This document shows positions 39,030 to 48,736 of a stretch of DNA of 64,000 bases, one piece after another. The translations under genes and the position numbers were made by a program. Within the stretch, counting starts at the first letter, position 1; the number at the start of each line of letters is the position of its first letter. The notes below the pieces were generated by a model. The model was given only the letters and a program-made list of their open reading frames with translations, did no database searches and was not told the origin of the DNA. This stretch comes from Bacteroidota bacterium (GTDB lineage Bacteria; Bacteroidota; Ignavibacteria; UBA10030; UBA8401): contig DATJXA010000183.1 in NCBI GenBank assembly GCA_035500675.1, positions 5,949-69,948 of the forward strand, given 5' to 3'.

Positions 39030-40309
39030 TCGTTCTTCTCGTTCTCCTTCTCCTTGCGTTCATGCTCTTTGGCGCGCCGCTGTTCTCCATCATCGGTTCT
39101 ATCGCGCTCGTCGGATTTTCTTCGCAGGATATCGACACGGCAGCGATCATCGCAGAGATGTACCGGCTCGCCAGCCAACCGGTGCTCCTCGCCATCCCGC
39201 TGTTCACGTTTGCCGGATACGTGCTTGCAGAGAGCAGGACGCCGAAACGTCTTGTCGAATTGACGCAGTCGCTCATCGGCTGGATGCCCGGCGGACTCGC
39301 GATTGTGGTCCTCGCTGCCTGCGCAATTTTCACCGCGTTTACCGGCGGTTCGGGAATTACTATCGTTGCGCTCGGCGGTCTCGTATACCCCGTCCTCATT
39401 TCCGAAAAATATTCCGAAGATTTTGCACTCGGTCTTGTTACGACGTCCGGCAGTCTCGGTCTCCTTTTTCCCCCCAGTCTTCCGATCATTCTTTACGGCA
39501 TCGTCTCTGAAGTTTCGATCAGCCAGCTTTTTTTGGCCGGTATACTGCCGGGAATTTTGTTGGTTGTTATCCTTTCAGTGTACAGCGTTCGTCAGGGAGT
39601 CTCGACGCACGTGCAACGCCATCCCTTCGAACTTCCTCGCGTCTGGAAAGCGGTGAATGGTTCGGCATGGGAAATTCCGCTTCCCTTCCTTGTCATCGGA
39701 GGAATTTATGGAGGGATTTTTACCGCGACCGAAGCGGCCGCCGTAACGGCGTTCTATGTTCTTGTCGTTGAAGTCTTTATTTACAGAGATCTGAAATTGT
39801 TCACGGATGTTCCGCGAGTCATGAAAGAAAGTATGGTTCTCGTTGGCGCTATCCTCATGATCCTCGCGACGGCGATGGGCTTGACGAGTTTTCTCATCGA
39901 CCAGCAGGTCCCGCAAAGGTTGTTCGAGTTGATCAGCGCCGTCATCAGCAGCAAGCTCATTTTTCTCGTCGTGCTGAATATTTTTCTCATCATCGTCGGA
40001 ATGATGATGGATATTTTCTCGGCGATCATTGTCGTCGTGCCTCTCATCATCCCCATCGCAAAACAATACGGCGTCGATCCGATCCACCTCGGGATCATCT
40101 TCCTTGCCAACCTCGAAATCGGGTACCTCACTCCTCCCGTCGGACTGAATCTTTTTATTTCAAGCTTCCGGTTTGAAAAGTCGATTGGAAAAGTGACTCT
40201 TGCAACGCTTCCGTTCATCGTGATTCTTCTCTGTGCCCTTCTCGCAATCACGTACATTCCGGAACTAAGCCTCGGCCTTGTTCACTGGATGGGAGCGGCC
40301 CCGCCGTAG
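39026..40309 (+). CDS. dctM: TRAP transporter large permease (DctM family)
   Basis: GTG 39026 (GGAGGA 6 nt upstream, GTGA overlap with the dctQ stop). The track start at 38999 is an alternative. Polytopic, with DctM-like blocks (TGGSGITIVALGGL, LEIGYLTPPVGLNLF). Confidence 0.9.
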   Translation: MIVLLVLLLLAFMLFGAPLFSIIGSIALVGFSSQDIDTAAIIAEMYRLASQPVLLAIPLFTFAGYVLAESRTPKRLVELTQSLIGWMPGGLAIVVLAACAIFTAFTGGSGITIVALGGLVYPVLISEKYSEDFALGLVTTSGSLGLLFPPSLPIILYGIVSEVSISQLFLAGILPGILLVVILSVYSVRQGVSTHVQRHPFELPRVWKAVNGSAWEIPLPFLVIGGIYGGIFTATEAAAVTAFYVLVVEVFIYRDLKLFTDVPRVMKESMVLVGAILMILATAMGLTSFLIDQQVPQRLFELISAVISSKLIFLVVLNIFLIIVGMMMDIFSAIIVVVPLIIPIAKQYGVDPIHLGIIFLANLEIGYLTPPVGLNLFISSFRFEKSIGKVTLATLPFIVILLCALLAITYIPELSLGLVHWMGAAPP

Positions 40310-40416
40310 AACCGATTAACTAGAGAATCTCCATCGGGCACGTCGAACGTCTGATTAAAAGGGGGCCCTTCAAATACATTCATCCACATCTCATCATCAT
40401 CCACAAGGGGGAATTC

Positions 40417-40932
40417 ATGAGATCACAAACAGCAATTATCCGCAACAGCCTCATTGAAAACAGAATCTTTCTGATTCGAGGCCATAAAGTAATGCTCGGT
40501 GTAGATCTTGCCGGGATGTACCAGGTCGAGACCCGATCTCTGAATCAGGCGGTGAAACGAAACCTGTTTAGATTCCCGCCCGACTTTATGTTCCGGCTGT
40601 CGAAACATGAAGCCGATCTTCTGGTATCACAAAATGTGATACCACATCGAAAATACTATGGCGGTTCTTTGCCATACGCCTTCACGGAACAGGGTGTAGC
40701 GATGCTGTCGACAGTATTGCGAAGCAAGCGGGCGATTCGCGTGAACATCGGAATTATGCGGGCGTTCGTAAAACTCCGGGAGCTTCTTTCGACTCATAAA
40801 GAGCTTACCTTGAAATTGAGCCAGCTTGAAATGAAAGTCGAGAGTCATGACAAAGAAATAAGAAAGATCTTCCAAGCGATACGGCAATTAATGATTGAAC
40901 CGGAGAAACCTAAACGGCAGATGGGGTTCTGA
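40417..40932 (+). CDS. ORF6N-domain protein (KilA-N-related DNA-binding domain, mobile-element associated family)
   Basis: 171 aa. IFLIRGHKVMLGVDLAGMYQVETRSLNQAVKRNLFRFPPDFMFRLS..LPYAFTEQGVAMLSTVLRSKRA matches the ORF6N pattern. Coiled-coil C-terminus. Confidence 0.7.
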   Translation: MRSQTAIIRNSLIENRIFLIRGHKVMLGVDLAGMYQVETRSLNQAVKRNLFRFPPDFMFRLSKHEADLLVSQNVIPHRKYYGGSLPYAFTEQGVAMLSTVLRSKRAIRVNIGIMRAFVKLRELLSTHKELTLKLSQLEMKVESHDKEIRKIFQAIRQLMIEPEKPKRQMGF

Positions 40933-41086
40933 GGGTCAAGAGTTGATGCGGAGTTGAACGAAGTTAGAATGTCGGAATGCTGCACCATAGATTATCTTGC
41001 TATTCCATCTCTCCCGCATTCCGCAAAATAATTATCAGCTTCCTGCGTCCATTGAATCTTCCGCTGCATTCTTCTATATTTACACA

Positions 41087-42445
41087 ATGGCAAAGGTGCT
41101 TACCAAATATGTGTGTCAATCGTGCGGATACGTTTCGCCGCGCTGGACGGGCAAATGTCCCAACTGCAGCGAGTGGAATACGTTTGTCGAGGAAGCTCCC
41201 ACACCGGCGAAAATCGCGCGCAAGTCCGGAGGTGTCGCATCGAAACTCGAACCCGTGTCGTTGAAAGATGTCGATGGTTTTGAGGACGTGCGCTTTAAAA
41301 CAGGCATTGCAGAATTTGACCGAGTGCTCGGCGGCGGGATTGTTGCCGGCTCAGTGATCCTCATCGGCGGTGATCCGGGGATCGGCAAGTCGACGCTCAT
41401 GATGCAGGTTGCTTTACAGCTCAAAGGCAAAGTCGTTCTGTACATCACCGGAGAAGAATCGTTGAAGCAAATCAAGCTCCGCGCCGAGCGATTGGGGACG
41501 GCCTCCGATTCGGTCTTGCTGCTTCCTGAAACAAATTTAGAATTGATCTCCGAAGTCATCGAGCGGGGAAATCCCGATATGGTCATTGTCGATTCGATCC
41601 AGACGATGTTTCGCCCGGATCTCGAGAGCGCCCCGGGGAGCGTCGGTCAGGTCCGTGAATCGACCGCAATGTTGACCCGTATCGCAAAAGCAAAAAGCAT
41701 TCCGCTGATTCTCATCGGTCACGTGACCAAAGAAGGAATTCTTGCGGGACCCCGCGTCATTGAGCATATGGTCGACACGGTTCTGCAATTTGAGGGCGAG
41801 CGGCATTATTCGTACCGCATTCTGCGTGCAGCGAAGAATCGCTTTGGGTCGACGAATGAGATCGGTATCTTCGAAATGCGCGACGACGGCATGCATGAGG
41901 TCAAAAATCCGTCGGAGGTGTTTCTTTCTGAGCGAACCTACGGCGCATCCGGCGCCACGGTCGTCTCAACGCTGGAAGGAAGCCGTCCGATCCTCATAGA
42001 AGTTCAGGCGCTCGTCACGTCGACGAGCTATGGCCTTCCGCAGCGCACAGCCACGGGGTTCGACCTTCGGCGGTTACAAATGCTCCTTGCCGTGCTGGAA
42101 AAGAGAGTCGGCCTTACACTCGGTTCGCAGGATGTCTTCGTCAACATCGCCGGGGGGATCCGGATCGATGAACCCGCCGCAGACCTCGGCGTCGCATCGT
42201 CAATCGTATCTTCCCTCCGGGACGTCCCGGTCGATTCGCAGGCCGTGGCAATCGGAGAAATCGGTTTGGGGGGAGAAGTGAGAACCGTCGCCCACAGCGA
42301 GAAACGAACGCAGGAGGCGGCGAAACTCGGCTTCAAAAAAATTATTGTCCCGAAAAACAACCTTAAGCATCTAAGAAACACGAACGGGATCTCAATCGTC
42401 GGGGTGGAATCGATTAGCCAGGCGATGAAAGAACTGGTGGGATAG
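41087..42445 (+). CDS. radA: DNA repair protein RadA/Sms
   Basis: ATG 41087. Zn finger CQSCGY..CPNC, Walker A GGDPGIGKST, KNRFG motif, Lon-like C-terminus. Confidence 0.96.
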   Translation: MAKVLTKYVCQSCGYVSPRWTGKCPNCSEWNTFVEEAPTPAKIARKSGGVASKLEPVSLKDVDGFEDVRFKTGIAEFDRVLGGGIVAGSVILIGGDPGIGKSTLMMQVALQLKGKVVLYITGEESLKQIKLRAERLGTASDSVLLLPETNLELISEVIERGNPDMVIVDSIQTMFRPDLESAPGSVGQVRESTAMLTRIAKAKSIPLILIGHVTKEGILAGPRVIEHMVDTVLQFEGERHYSYRILRAAKNRFGSTNEIGIFEMRDDGMHEVKNPSEVFLSERTYGASGATVVSTLEGSRPILIEVQALVTSTSYGLPQRTATGFDLRRLQMLLAVLEKRVGLTLGSQDVFVNIAGGIRIDEPAADLGVASSIVSSLRDVPVDSQAVAIGEIGLGGEVRTVAHSEKRTQEAAKLGFKKIIVPKNNLKHLRNTNGISIVGVESISQAMKELVG

Positions 42446-42554
42446 TGCGTGGTGCAATCGTGCTGGGTTCTTGGTTGTGAGTTTCTTACCAGCACTTTGC
42501 GTAACTCATAATTTAAAATTCATTATCAGCAGTCTTGTGTCGAAGAACCCTTTT

Positions 42555-43007
42555 ATGAAAGAGGCCATCGAGCTTTCGCTCAGAAACATCCGCGAAGGAA
42601 AGGGCGGCCCGTTTGCGGCATTGGTTGTGAAGAACGGCACGGTCGTTGCCCGCGGCGCAAATCTCGTGACGTCGACGAACGATCCGACTGCACACGCCGA
42701 AGTCGTCGCGATCAGGGAAGCTTGCAAAGCGCTCGGCACATTCCAACTGACGGGCTGCGAGGTTTATTCAACATGCGAACCGTGCCCGATGTGCCTCGGA
42801 GCGATCTATTGGGCTCGGCCGGATAAGATTTTTTATGCGAGCACGCACATCGATGCGGCCCACATCGGTTTCGACGATCTGTTTATTTATGACGAAATTT
42901 CCCGGCCGATATCCTCAAGAAAAATTCCGATGGAACAAATGATGCGCGACGATGCCCTCATCGCGTTTGAAGAATGGCAGAAGATGCAAAATAAAATCCA
43001 GTATTAG
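42555..43007 (+). CDS. CDA-fold nucleoside/guanine deaminase
   Basis: ATG 42555, 150 aa. Zinc motifs HAEVVAIREA and CEPCPMC. GGPFAALVV.. N-terminus resembles GuaD-type deaminases. Confidence 0.85.
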   Translation: MKEAIELSLRNIREGKGGPFAALVVKNGTVVARGANLVTSTNDPTAHAEVVAIREACKALGTFQLTGCEVYSTCEPCPMCLGAIYWARPDKIFYASTHIDAAHIGFDDLFIYDEISRPISSRKIPMEQMMRDDALIAFEEWQKMQNKIQY

Positions 43008-43008
43008 C

Positions 43009-43125
43009 TCAAATTGCAAAGGGCAAAATTACACTGGAAAGTTAAAAATAAAAAAACTGACTATTGAAACCTGCCGGCTCGCTAATTTTGAATTTCATAT
43101 TGTAATTTTGCCCTTTGCAATTTGA
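43009..43125. repeat. Perfect 25-bp inverted repeat flanking a 67-bp spacer
   Basis: tcaaattgcaaagggcaaaattaca (43009-43033) is the exact reverse complement of 43101-43125. It begins 2 nt after the deaminase stop and ends 35 nt before the rdgB GTG. Confidence 0.9.
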
Positions 43126-43159
43126 ATTTTAAACTATCAATTAATAGCGGAACAGACTC

Positions 43160-43747
43160 GTGGAACTTCTTATCGCAACGCACAATCGTCATAAGGTAGA
43201 CGAAATTTCGCACATCCTGAACTCCCCGCAGTTTTCGCTCAAGAGCGCAGACGATTTCCCCCGGCTACAGCAAACGATCGAAGATCAACCGACCCTTGAG
43301 GGCAATGCGATGAAGAAAGCGGCCGAGGCGTTCAACGCGACCGGCGTCCTTTCAATCGCGGACGATACGGGTCTTGAGTGTTACTACCTCGAATTGAGGC
43401 CCGGAGTGTTCTCGGCCCGCTACGCCGGAGACCACGCGACCTACGCCGACAATAACGAAAAGTTGCTCCGCGAATTGAAGGGAGTGCCGCCACGCCGCCG
43501 GAATGCACGCTTCAGGACGGTCATCGCGATCGTGGGAAAAGATGTTCGTAAGATTGTCGAAGGGAAAGTCGAAGGGTATATTTTAGAGGCCCCGCGAGGT
43601 ATGAACGGGTTCGGTTACGACCCGCTCTTCGTGCCGCTCGGGTCCCGCATATCGTATGCGCAAATGTCAATGGAAGAAAAGAACAAGGTCAGCCATCGGG
43701 CTATGGCTGTAGCGAAGGCGGTCGATGTGCTGAGAGAAATGAAATAG
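43160..43747 (+). CDS. rdgB: Non-canonical purine NTP pyrophosphatase (RdgB/HAM1)
   Basis: 195 aa, GTG start. LIATHNRHKVDEI, DDTGLEC, FGYDPLF, SHRAMA motifs. Confidence 0.9.
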   Translation: MELLIATHNRHKVDEISHILNSPQFSLKSADDFPRLQQTIEDQPTLEGNAMKKAAEAFNATGVLSIADDTGLECYYLELRPGVFSARYAGDHATYADNNEKLLRELKGVPPRRRNARFRTVIAIVGKDVRKIVEGKVEGYILEAPRGMNGFGYDPLFVPLGSRISYAQMSMEEKNKVSHRAMAVAKAVDVLREMK

Positions 43748-43773
43748 CCAGCGCCGTCAATAGCTCGCCATAC

Positions 43774-44241
43774 TTAATTTCCCCCCGATAATTTGTCCGT
43801 CTCATCCTCGGTCCAGCTTACGATTGAATCCCTGTCGGCTGACGTTAACCTGGCATCGGCATGGATATAAAGATATTGAGAGAGCGGCATCTCACTTTTC
43901 GACACCTGCTCGTAAATCTGCCCCAGCTTCAGCACTTTCTTGCTCGTCGTATAGGTTCCCCATTCCGAAAAATTGAGATGGTCCCGTCCATTTTTTACGT
44001 CGTCGGCCACAAACCAAGAAACCGGCGCAACGTAACTGTACCAAGGCCAACGGGTCTCGTTCGAATGGCAATCGAAGCACGAAGTTTTTATCAAATTCGA
44101 TACCGGAGGTTTGAAATCTGCCTGGGCTTCAATCGTCATCGACGGATTAATAGGCGGGTTATCTTTTCCCGGACGTATAAATTGAATGCCAATAATGATG
44201 ATCACTGCGATAGCGGCGATCCAACGGATTGTTTTATTCAA
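43774..44241 (-). CDS. Haem-binding-domain protein (Haem_bd family), membrane-anchored
   Basis: 155 aa. N-terminal TM. CFDCHSNETRWPWYSYVAPVSWFVADDVKNGRDHLNFSEW matches the family signature, including CxxCH. Confidence 0.75.
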   Translation of the reverse strand: MNKTIRWIAAIAVIIIIGIQFIRPGKDNPPINPSMTIEAQADFKPPVSNLIKTSCFDCHSNETRWPWYSYVAPVSWFVADDVKNGRDHLNFSEWGTYTTSKKVLKLGQIYEQVSKSEMPLSQYLYIHADARLTSADRDSIVSWTEDETDKLSGGN

Positions 44242-44412
44242 TCTCTAAACTCCATTCCTCGTGCAATTTTCGAAAATTGATCTTGTGTTCTGGACCGCCA
44301 AGGCGCCAAGGGCGCAAGGAGGTTTAATAAGATTGAGACAAATGCTTTTGTATTTTTTTGCGTCTTTGCGATGAAATGCAAAACCGTCTGTCAGAGATAT
44401 CGCTTCCAAGAT

Positions 44413-44844
44413 CTATTTGTGATTCCCGCCTGCCGCTTCGAAGACGATCTTAAACTCGTCGGGAAAAGCAACCGGTCTTCCGGTGTCCAGCTTAACGAAA
44501 AGGCCTTCCTGATCCGCCTTCGCGACAACAATATGATTCACCGCAAACTCCGCCGCGAGAGTCCCTTTAACGTTTCCGACATCTTTTATCCACATTTTCC
44601 CTTCGACTGCATCGAACAGTTTTACCGCCTTTTTGTATTCGATCGTCGTCCGCATCACGACGGGGGCGACACCGTGCTCCATGAGACCGCTGAGGGGAAG
44701 ATGCTTGTCGAGAAAACTGAGACGCAGATCTTCAAGCCATCGGATATAAACGATGTTGCTCACGTGGCCGGCAAAATCGATGTCGTACGTTTTCGGCCGG
44801 AATTGGAGTTCGATGCAGCCGGGGCGATGCTCATCTGGCGGCAT
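44413..44844 (-). CDS. Acyl-CoA thioesterase (hotdog/4HBT fold)
   Basis: 143 aa. [23 protein letters not shown] is typical of YbgC-like thioesterases. Confidence 0.7.
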   Translation of the reverse strand: MPPDEHRPGCIELQFRPKTYDIDFAGHVSNIVYIRWLEDLRLSFLDKHLPLSGLMEHGVAPVVMRTTIEYKKAVKLFDAVEGKMWIKDVGNVKGTLAAEFAVNHIVVAKADQEGLFVKLDTGRPVAFPDEFKIVFEAAGGNHK

Positions 44845-45361
44845 CGAGAACCTCTTTCAAGGAATTTGAGTAAACGAGGAAATCGTCGTGAGAAAAACAG
44901 ACATGAATGACGCGTTCAATTTTTGAGAACGCTGAGAGGTGCGCATGGACAGTCGTCAATGCGATCTTTGCTGCCCGCTCGACCGGAAATCCGTATGCGC
45001 CGGTACTTATGGATGGAAACGCGATAGAGAGCAGACGATGTTGAATCGCAAGCGCAAGGCTGCTTTCATAACACCGTCTCAAATATTCATCCTCATTACT
45101 GTTCCCTCCGCTCCATCTGGGGCCGACCGTGTGGATAACCCATCGCGCCTTCAGGTTATATCCTTTGGTGATCTTCGCCTCTCCGGTCTCGCAGCCGTGG
45201 AGAGTACGGCATTCCTCGAGGAGCTTTGGCCCAGCCGCGCGATGGATGGCGCCGTCCACGCCCCCACCACCCAGCAAAGAGTTGTTAGCGGCATTGACGA
45301 TAGCATCGACGTCAAGCGTCGTGATATCCCCTTCGATCACAGAAATCCTATCAGCAATCAT
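44831..45361 (-). CDS. ymdB: Macro-domain O-acetyl-ADP-ribose deacetylase
   Basis: 176 aa. [34 protein letters not shown] and [12 protein letters not shown] motifs. Confidence 0.88.
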   Translation of the reverse strand: MIADRISVIEGDITTLDVDAIVNAANNSLLGGGGVDGAIHRAAGPKLLEECRTLHGCETGEAKITKGYNLKARWVIHTVGPRWSGGNSNEDEYLRRCYESSLALAIQHRLLSIAFPSISTGAYGFPVERAAKIALTTVHAHLSAFSKIERVIHVCFSHDDFLVYSNSLKEVLDAAR

Positions 45362-45367
45362 TGTGAT

Positions 45368-45697
45368 TCACCATTTTTTAAATATGAAGAAGACGGCAGC
45401 GATGATAAACCCAAATCCGACGAGATAGTTCCATTTTAATTGTTCCTTAAGGTAAACCACCGAAAACACGCTGAACACGACAAGGGTGATCACTTCTTGA
45501 ATCGTCTTAAGTTGTGCAGCGGAAAATTCGTACGAGCCGATCCGGTTGGCCGGTACCTGGAAACAATATTCAAGGAAAGCGATAAGCCAACTGACGACGA
45601 CAACCTTCCACAAGGCCACCTCTCTGAATTTCAGATGTCCATACCAGGCGATCGTCATGAAGATATTGGACACGGTCAAAAGTGCGACGGTTTTCAT
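45368..45697 (-). CDS. Small DMT-superfamily membrane protein (DUF486-like)
   Basis: Start at internal ATG 45697 (MKTVALLTVSNIFMTIAWYGHLKF..), 109 aa, 4 TM. The track ORF extends to 45784. Confidence 0.7.
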   Translation of the reverse strand: MKTVALLTVSNIFMTIAWYGHLKFREVALWKVVVVSWLIAFLEYCFQVPANRIGSYEFSAAQLKTIQEVITLVVFSVFSVVYLKEQLKWNYLVGFGFIIAAVFFIFKKW

Positions 45698-45864
45698 GCG
45701 TTCCTTCTTTATTCGGGTTGAAATCTCACTAATTGTTGTGCGGGGAATATTGCAATCGACTCTATAAGATAATGAGTTTGACAATCGCTTGCAAAAACTT
45801 TAACTCAATCACGACCGCCGAACTATGAACCACGAGCCACGAAGCCGTAACTTCTCAGCCGACG

Positions 45865-45893
45865 TTGACTCTCCTCGACCATTTTTGTATTTT
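45865..45893 (+). promoter_or_regulatory. Candidate carA promoter
   Basis: TTGACT (45865-45870), 17 nt, TATTTT (45888-45893). Lies ~35 nt upstream of ATG 45927. Pattern match only. Confidence 0.3.
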
Positions 45894-45926
45894 TGTTGGA
45901 ATATTTCTACCCAAGGTTTATGACTC

Positions 45927-47087
45927 ATGATTGCTAAGCTCGCCCTCGAAAACGGTACTGTGTTCACCGGAGAGAATTTTGGCGCGGAAGGCGAAATTTC
46001 CGGCGAAGTGGTTTTCAACACAAGCATCACCGGATACCAAGAAATTCTGACAGACCCGTCGTACGCGGGGCAAATCGTGACGATGACATATCCGTTAATC
46101 GGGAATTATGGCATTAACCTTCAGGATGTCGAGTCGTCGCGCCCGCAGGTTTCGGGATTCATCGTCCGCGAGTATTTCGACTTTTACAGCAATTGGCGGG
46201 CGACGTCGAGCCTTGGCGATTGGCTGAAGAAAAATAATATTATTGCGATCCAGGGGATCGACACACGCATGCTGACGAAAATGCTGCGAACCCTAGGAGC
46301 GCTTCGGGGAGTTCTCTCAACAAAGGACCTCGACGATGCAAGCCTCATCGAAAAGGCAAAAGCGTCGCCGGAAATGACCGGTCTCGACCTCGCGAAGAAT
46401 GTGACGTGCAAAACAAGCTACAAATGGGATGAGATCGACCGGACACCGTACGCGCTGCCTCCGCAAACGGCAGAGACCCATCACAACGGACGGCGATTCA
46501 AAGTAGCGGTATTCGATTACGGAGTGAAGCAGAATATTCTGCGGCGCCTGACGAGCTACGGGTGCGAATTGACCGTGGTTCCGGCGTCGTACACCGCGGA
46601 AGAAATTCTGGCAATGAACCCGGACGGGATCTTTCTCTCGAACGGTCCGGGCGACCCCGACGCCGTCAAGTACGCCATCCTCAACCTCAAAAAATTAATC
46701 GGCTCGAAACCGATGTTCGGCATCTGTCTCGGCCATCAACTCCTTGCGCTTGCTTTGGGCGGGAAGACGTATAAACTCAAATTCGGTCATCGGGGAGCCA
46801 ACCATCCGGTCAAAAATCTTCAGACGAACGAAATAGAGATCACTTCTCAGAACCACGGGTTTGCCGTCGACTGGAAAACAATGGACCGATCAAAAGTCGA
46901 ACTGACGCATATCAACCTCAACGACCAGACCGTGGAAGGATTTCAGCACAAGGAATTACCCCTCTTCTGCGTCCAGTACCATCCCGAAGCATCCCCAGGG
47001 CCGCACGACAGCGACTACCTTTTTGCGAAGTTTATTGCGCTAATGGAGAAGAACGTCATCGTTAAACAGAAAGTAGTCGTGCAGTGA
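45927..47087 (+). CDS. carA: Carbamoyl-phosphate synthase small (glutaminase) subunit
   Basis: 386 aa. [21 protein letters not shown], catalytic [21 protein letters not shown]. Confidence 0.96.
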   Translation: MIAKLALENGTVFTGENFGAEGEISGEVVFNTSITGYQEILTDPSYAGQIVTMTYPLIGNYGINLQDVESSRPQVSGFIVREYFDFYSNWRATSSLGDWLKKNNIIAIQGIDTRMLTKMLRTLGALRGVLSTKDLDDASLIEKAKASPEMTGLDLAKNVTCKTSYKWDEIDRTPYALPPQTAETHHNGRRFKVAVFDYGVKQNILRRLTSYGCELTVVPASYTAEEILAMNPDGIFLSNGPGDPDAVKYAILNLKKLIGSKPMFGICLGHQLLALALGGKTYKLKFGHRGANHPVKNLQTNEIEITSQNHGFAVDWKTMDRSKVELTHINLNDQTVEGFQHKELPLFCVQYHPEASPGPHDSDYLFAKFIALMEKNVIVKQKVVVQ

Positions 47088-47100
47088 GATTTTCGATTTG

Positions 47101-47248
47101 CAATTGCCGATTTACGATTGCCAATTGCAAATCGTAAATTGAAAATCAGTTCCCCCTCATAAAAATTCTTATCTATCTTACAATTGCCGATTTACGATTG
47201 CCAATTGCAAATCGTAAATTGAAAATCACTTCCCCTCCCCAAAAATTT
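47101..47248. repeat. Tandem duplication (80-bp period) of a hairpin-containing unit
   Basis: A 48-nt unit caattgccgatttacgattgccaattgcaaatcgtaaattgaaaatca is identical at 47101-47148 and 47181-47228. Each unit holds an atttacgat/atcgtaaat hairpin. The following ~20 nt are similar but diverged. Copy 2 contains the stop codon of the NYN gene. Confidence 0.9.
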
Positions 47249-47702
47249 TCAGCCATTCATCAACTTGTCCCTGCGATAAGCCGGCCGATTCTTTTTCCTC
47301 ACCTCTGTCATCCTCTTCGAACAACAGATTGCTGAAGTATTTTGCGGTGTGCGTCGTGCAGGAGCACGCTTTAGCGAAGTCGGTGATTTCCCTGTCGGAT
47401 GAGATGATGACGAGCAGCGTTCTGTTTTTCGATTGTTCGATCATCGATTTTATTTTTGCATCGGCGGAAAGAGGAGAAGCATACATAACGTGAACCGGAG
47501 AGTGGGTTTGTGACGTGCGTTGATCATGCGGCTTAACGCCGTCATAGACGACCGTGCAGCGGATTTTCCTTCGGAAGGTCATGCGCGCGACGAGGTCCAC
47601 GAGCTGCTCGCGCGCCTGAAAGCCGTCGTGTGCGAGAAGTTTCTTTAATGACGGGATCGCATGCATCAGGTTGTAGCCGTCGATGATGTAATGAGGGATC
47701 AT
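47226..47702 (-). CDS. NYN-domain ribonuclease-like protein (YacP/Rae1 family)
   Basis: 158 aa. MIPHYIIDGYNLMHAIPSLKKLL.. and ..VVYDG..VMYASPLSADAKI.. fit the YacP-like NYN pattern. Its ATG overlaps the stop of the K+ channel gene (ATGA). Confidence 0.75.
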   Translation of the reverse strand: MIPHYIIDGYNLMHAIPSLKKLLAHDGFQAREQLVDLVARMTFRRKIRCTVVYDGVKPHDQRTSQTHSPVHVMYASPLSADAKIKSMIEQSKNRTLLVIISSDREITDFAKACSCTTHTAKYFSNLLFEEDDRGEEKESAGLSQGQVDEWLKIFGEGK

Positions 47703-48691
47703 GCCGCCACTTTGTTTTCAACCCGTTCAAATTCGCTGAGACGACGAAGATCGACGCGCACGACGCCGTTTTCCGGCGTCAAGAACATATCGGAGAACTT
47801 CGCCCCGAAGACGACCTCGCCGTATTTGTACGACGACCGGCTATGGACCGTTTGAGAAAATGTTTCATCGATGGCGGTGAGCAAAATTGTAAACTCCGCA
47901 TCCGATGTGCGCAACTCTTCTTCCGTCACGCCGAACAAGGGGCTGTTCTCGTTGATCGGATGGACGATGGTCCAGTGAAGCGGGAAGAACGTGACTTTAT
48001 CCCTTTCGAGCGCCAGGGTATGAAACCGTCGCGTCTCTTTTCCATAGTGATTTTCTATTCTGCTCATCGACACCGTCGCCTCAACCTCGATAAGCTGATT
48101 CCGACGCTCGTTGACGATGCGGAACATAAATCCCGTAATTCCCCTGTATGGTCCGATGATCGCACTGTCGCTATACTTGATTTGTGCGTTCGGACGCGAG
48201 AAGCGCGCAAACAACAATCCTGTTGCGAGCGCAAACCCGAAAAGCCCTGCCAACGCCTCGAACGCTACGACGATATTCGCGGCGTATCCCGACGGATTCA
48301 TCTTGCCGTAGCCGATCGTCGCTACCGTCTGCACGCTGAAGAAAAAGGCGTCGAAAAATCGTCCGGCGAATGTCTCTCCCACCGATCCCTGCAGCGCGCC
48401 CGCCCCACACAACATGTATGCGCAGGCAAAGGCGACGTTGACGAGAAAGTACGAGAGGACCACCATCAAATAAAATTTTGTCCAGGACATATCGAGCAGT
48501 GCGTGGTAGGGGCTCAACGAATGGAAAAACGATTGCCCTGTCCGTTCGACGTTGAAGCTCCCGTTCTTATTAAGAAAACGGGTTTGAGTCTGCTGGATGA
48601 CTTTCGAACCCAGCCCGAAGTCTTTTGTGTCTTCCGGAGGGGGCGGCGAAGAGGTTTTTTTGACGGCCATAGTGCTCCTTAAGATGGTCAA
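47699..48691 (-). CDS. Inward-rectifier-type potassium channel (KirBac family)
   Basis: 330 aa. Two TMs flanking a pore helix with selectivity filter TVATIGYG. Cytoplasmic IRK C-domain (..FARFSRPNAQIKYSDSAII..). Confidence 0.85.
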   Translation of the reverse strand: MTILRSTMAVKKTSSPPPPEDTKDFGLGSKVIQQTQTRFLNKNGSFNVERTGQSFFHSLSPYHALLDMSWTKFYLMVVLSYFLVNVAFACAYMLCGAGALQGSVGETFAGRFFDAFFFSVQTVATIGYGKMNPSGYAANIVVAFEALAGLFGFALATGLLFARFSRPNAQIKYSDSAIIGPYRGITGFMFRIVNERRNQLIEVEATVSMSRIENHYGKETRRFHTLALERDKVTFFPLHWTIVHPINENSPLFGVTEEELRTSDAEFTILLTAIDETFSQTVHSRSSYKYGEVVFGAKFSDMFLTPENGVVRVDLRRLSEFERVENKVAA

Positions 48692-48736
48692 GAGTTTTGT
48701 AGAATGACGATTGCCGAATGGCTGATGTGAAATTCG

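Noticed and set aside
47101-47228. Possible CRISPR array (identical 48-nt repeats)
   Set aside because: There are only two copies. The 'spacer' is partly homologous to the sequence after copy 2. No cas genes are nearby, and one repeat overlaps a gene end. It is a tandem duplication, not an array.
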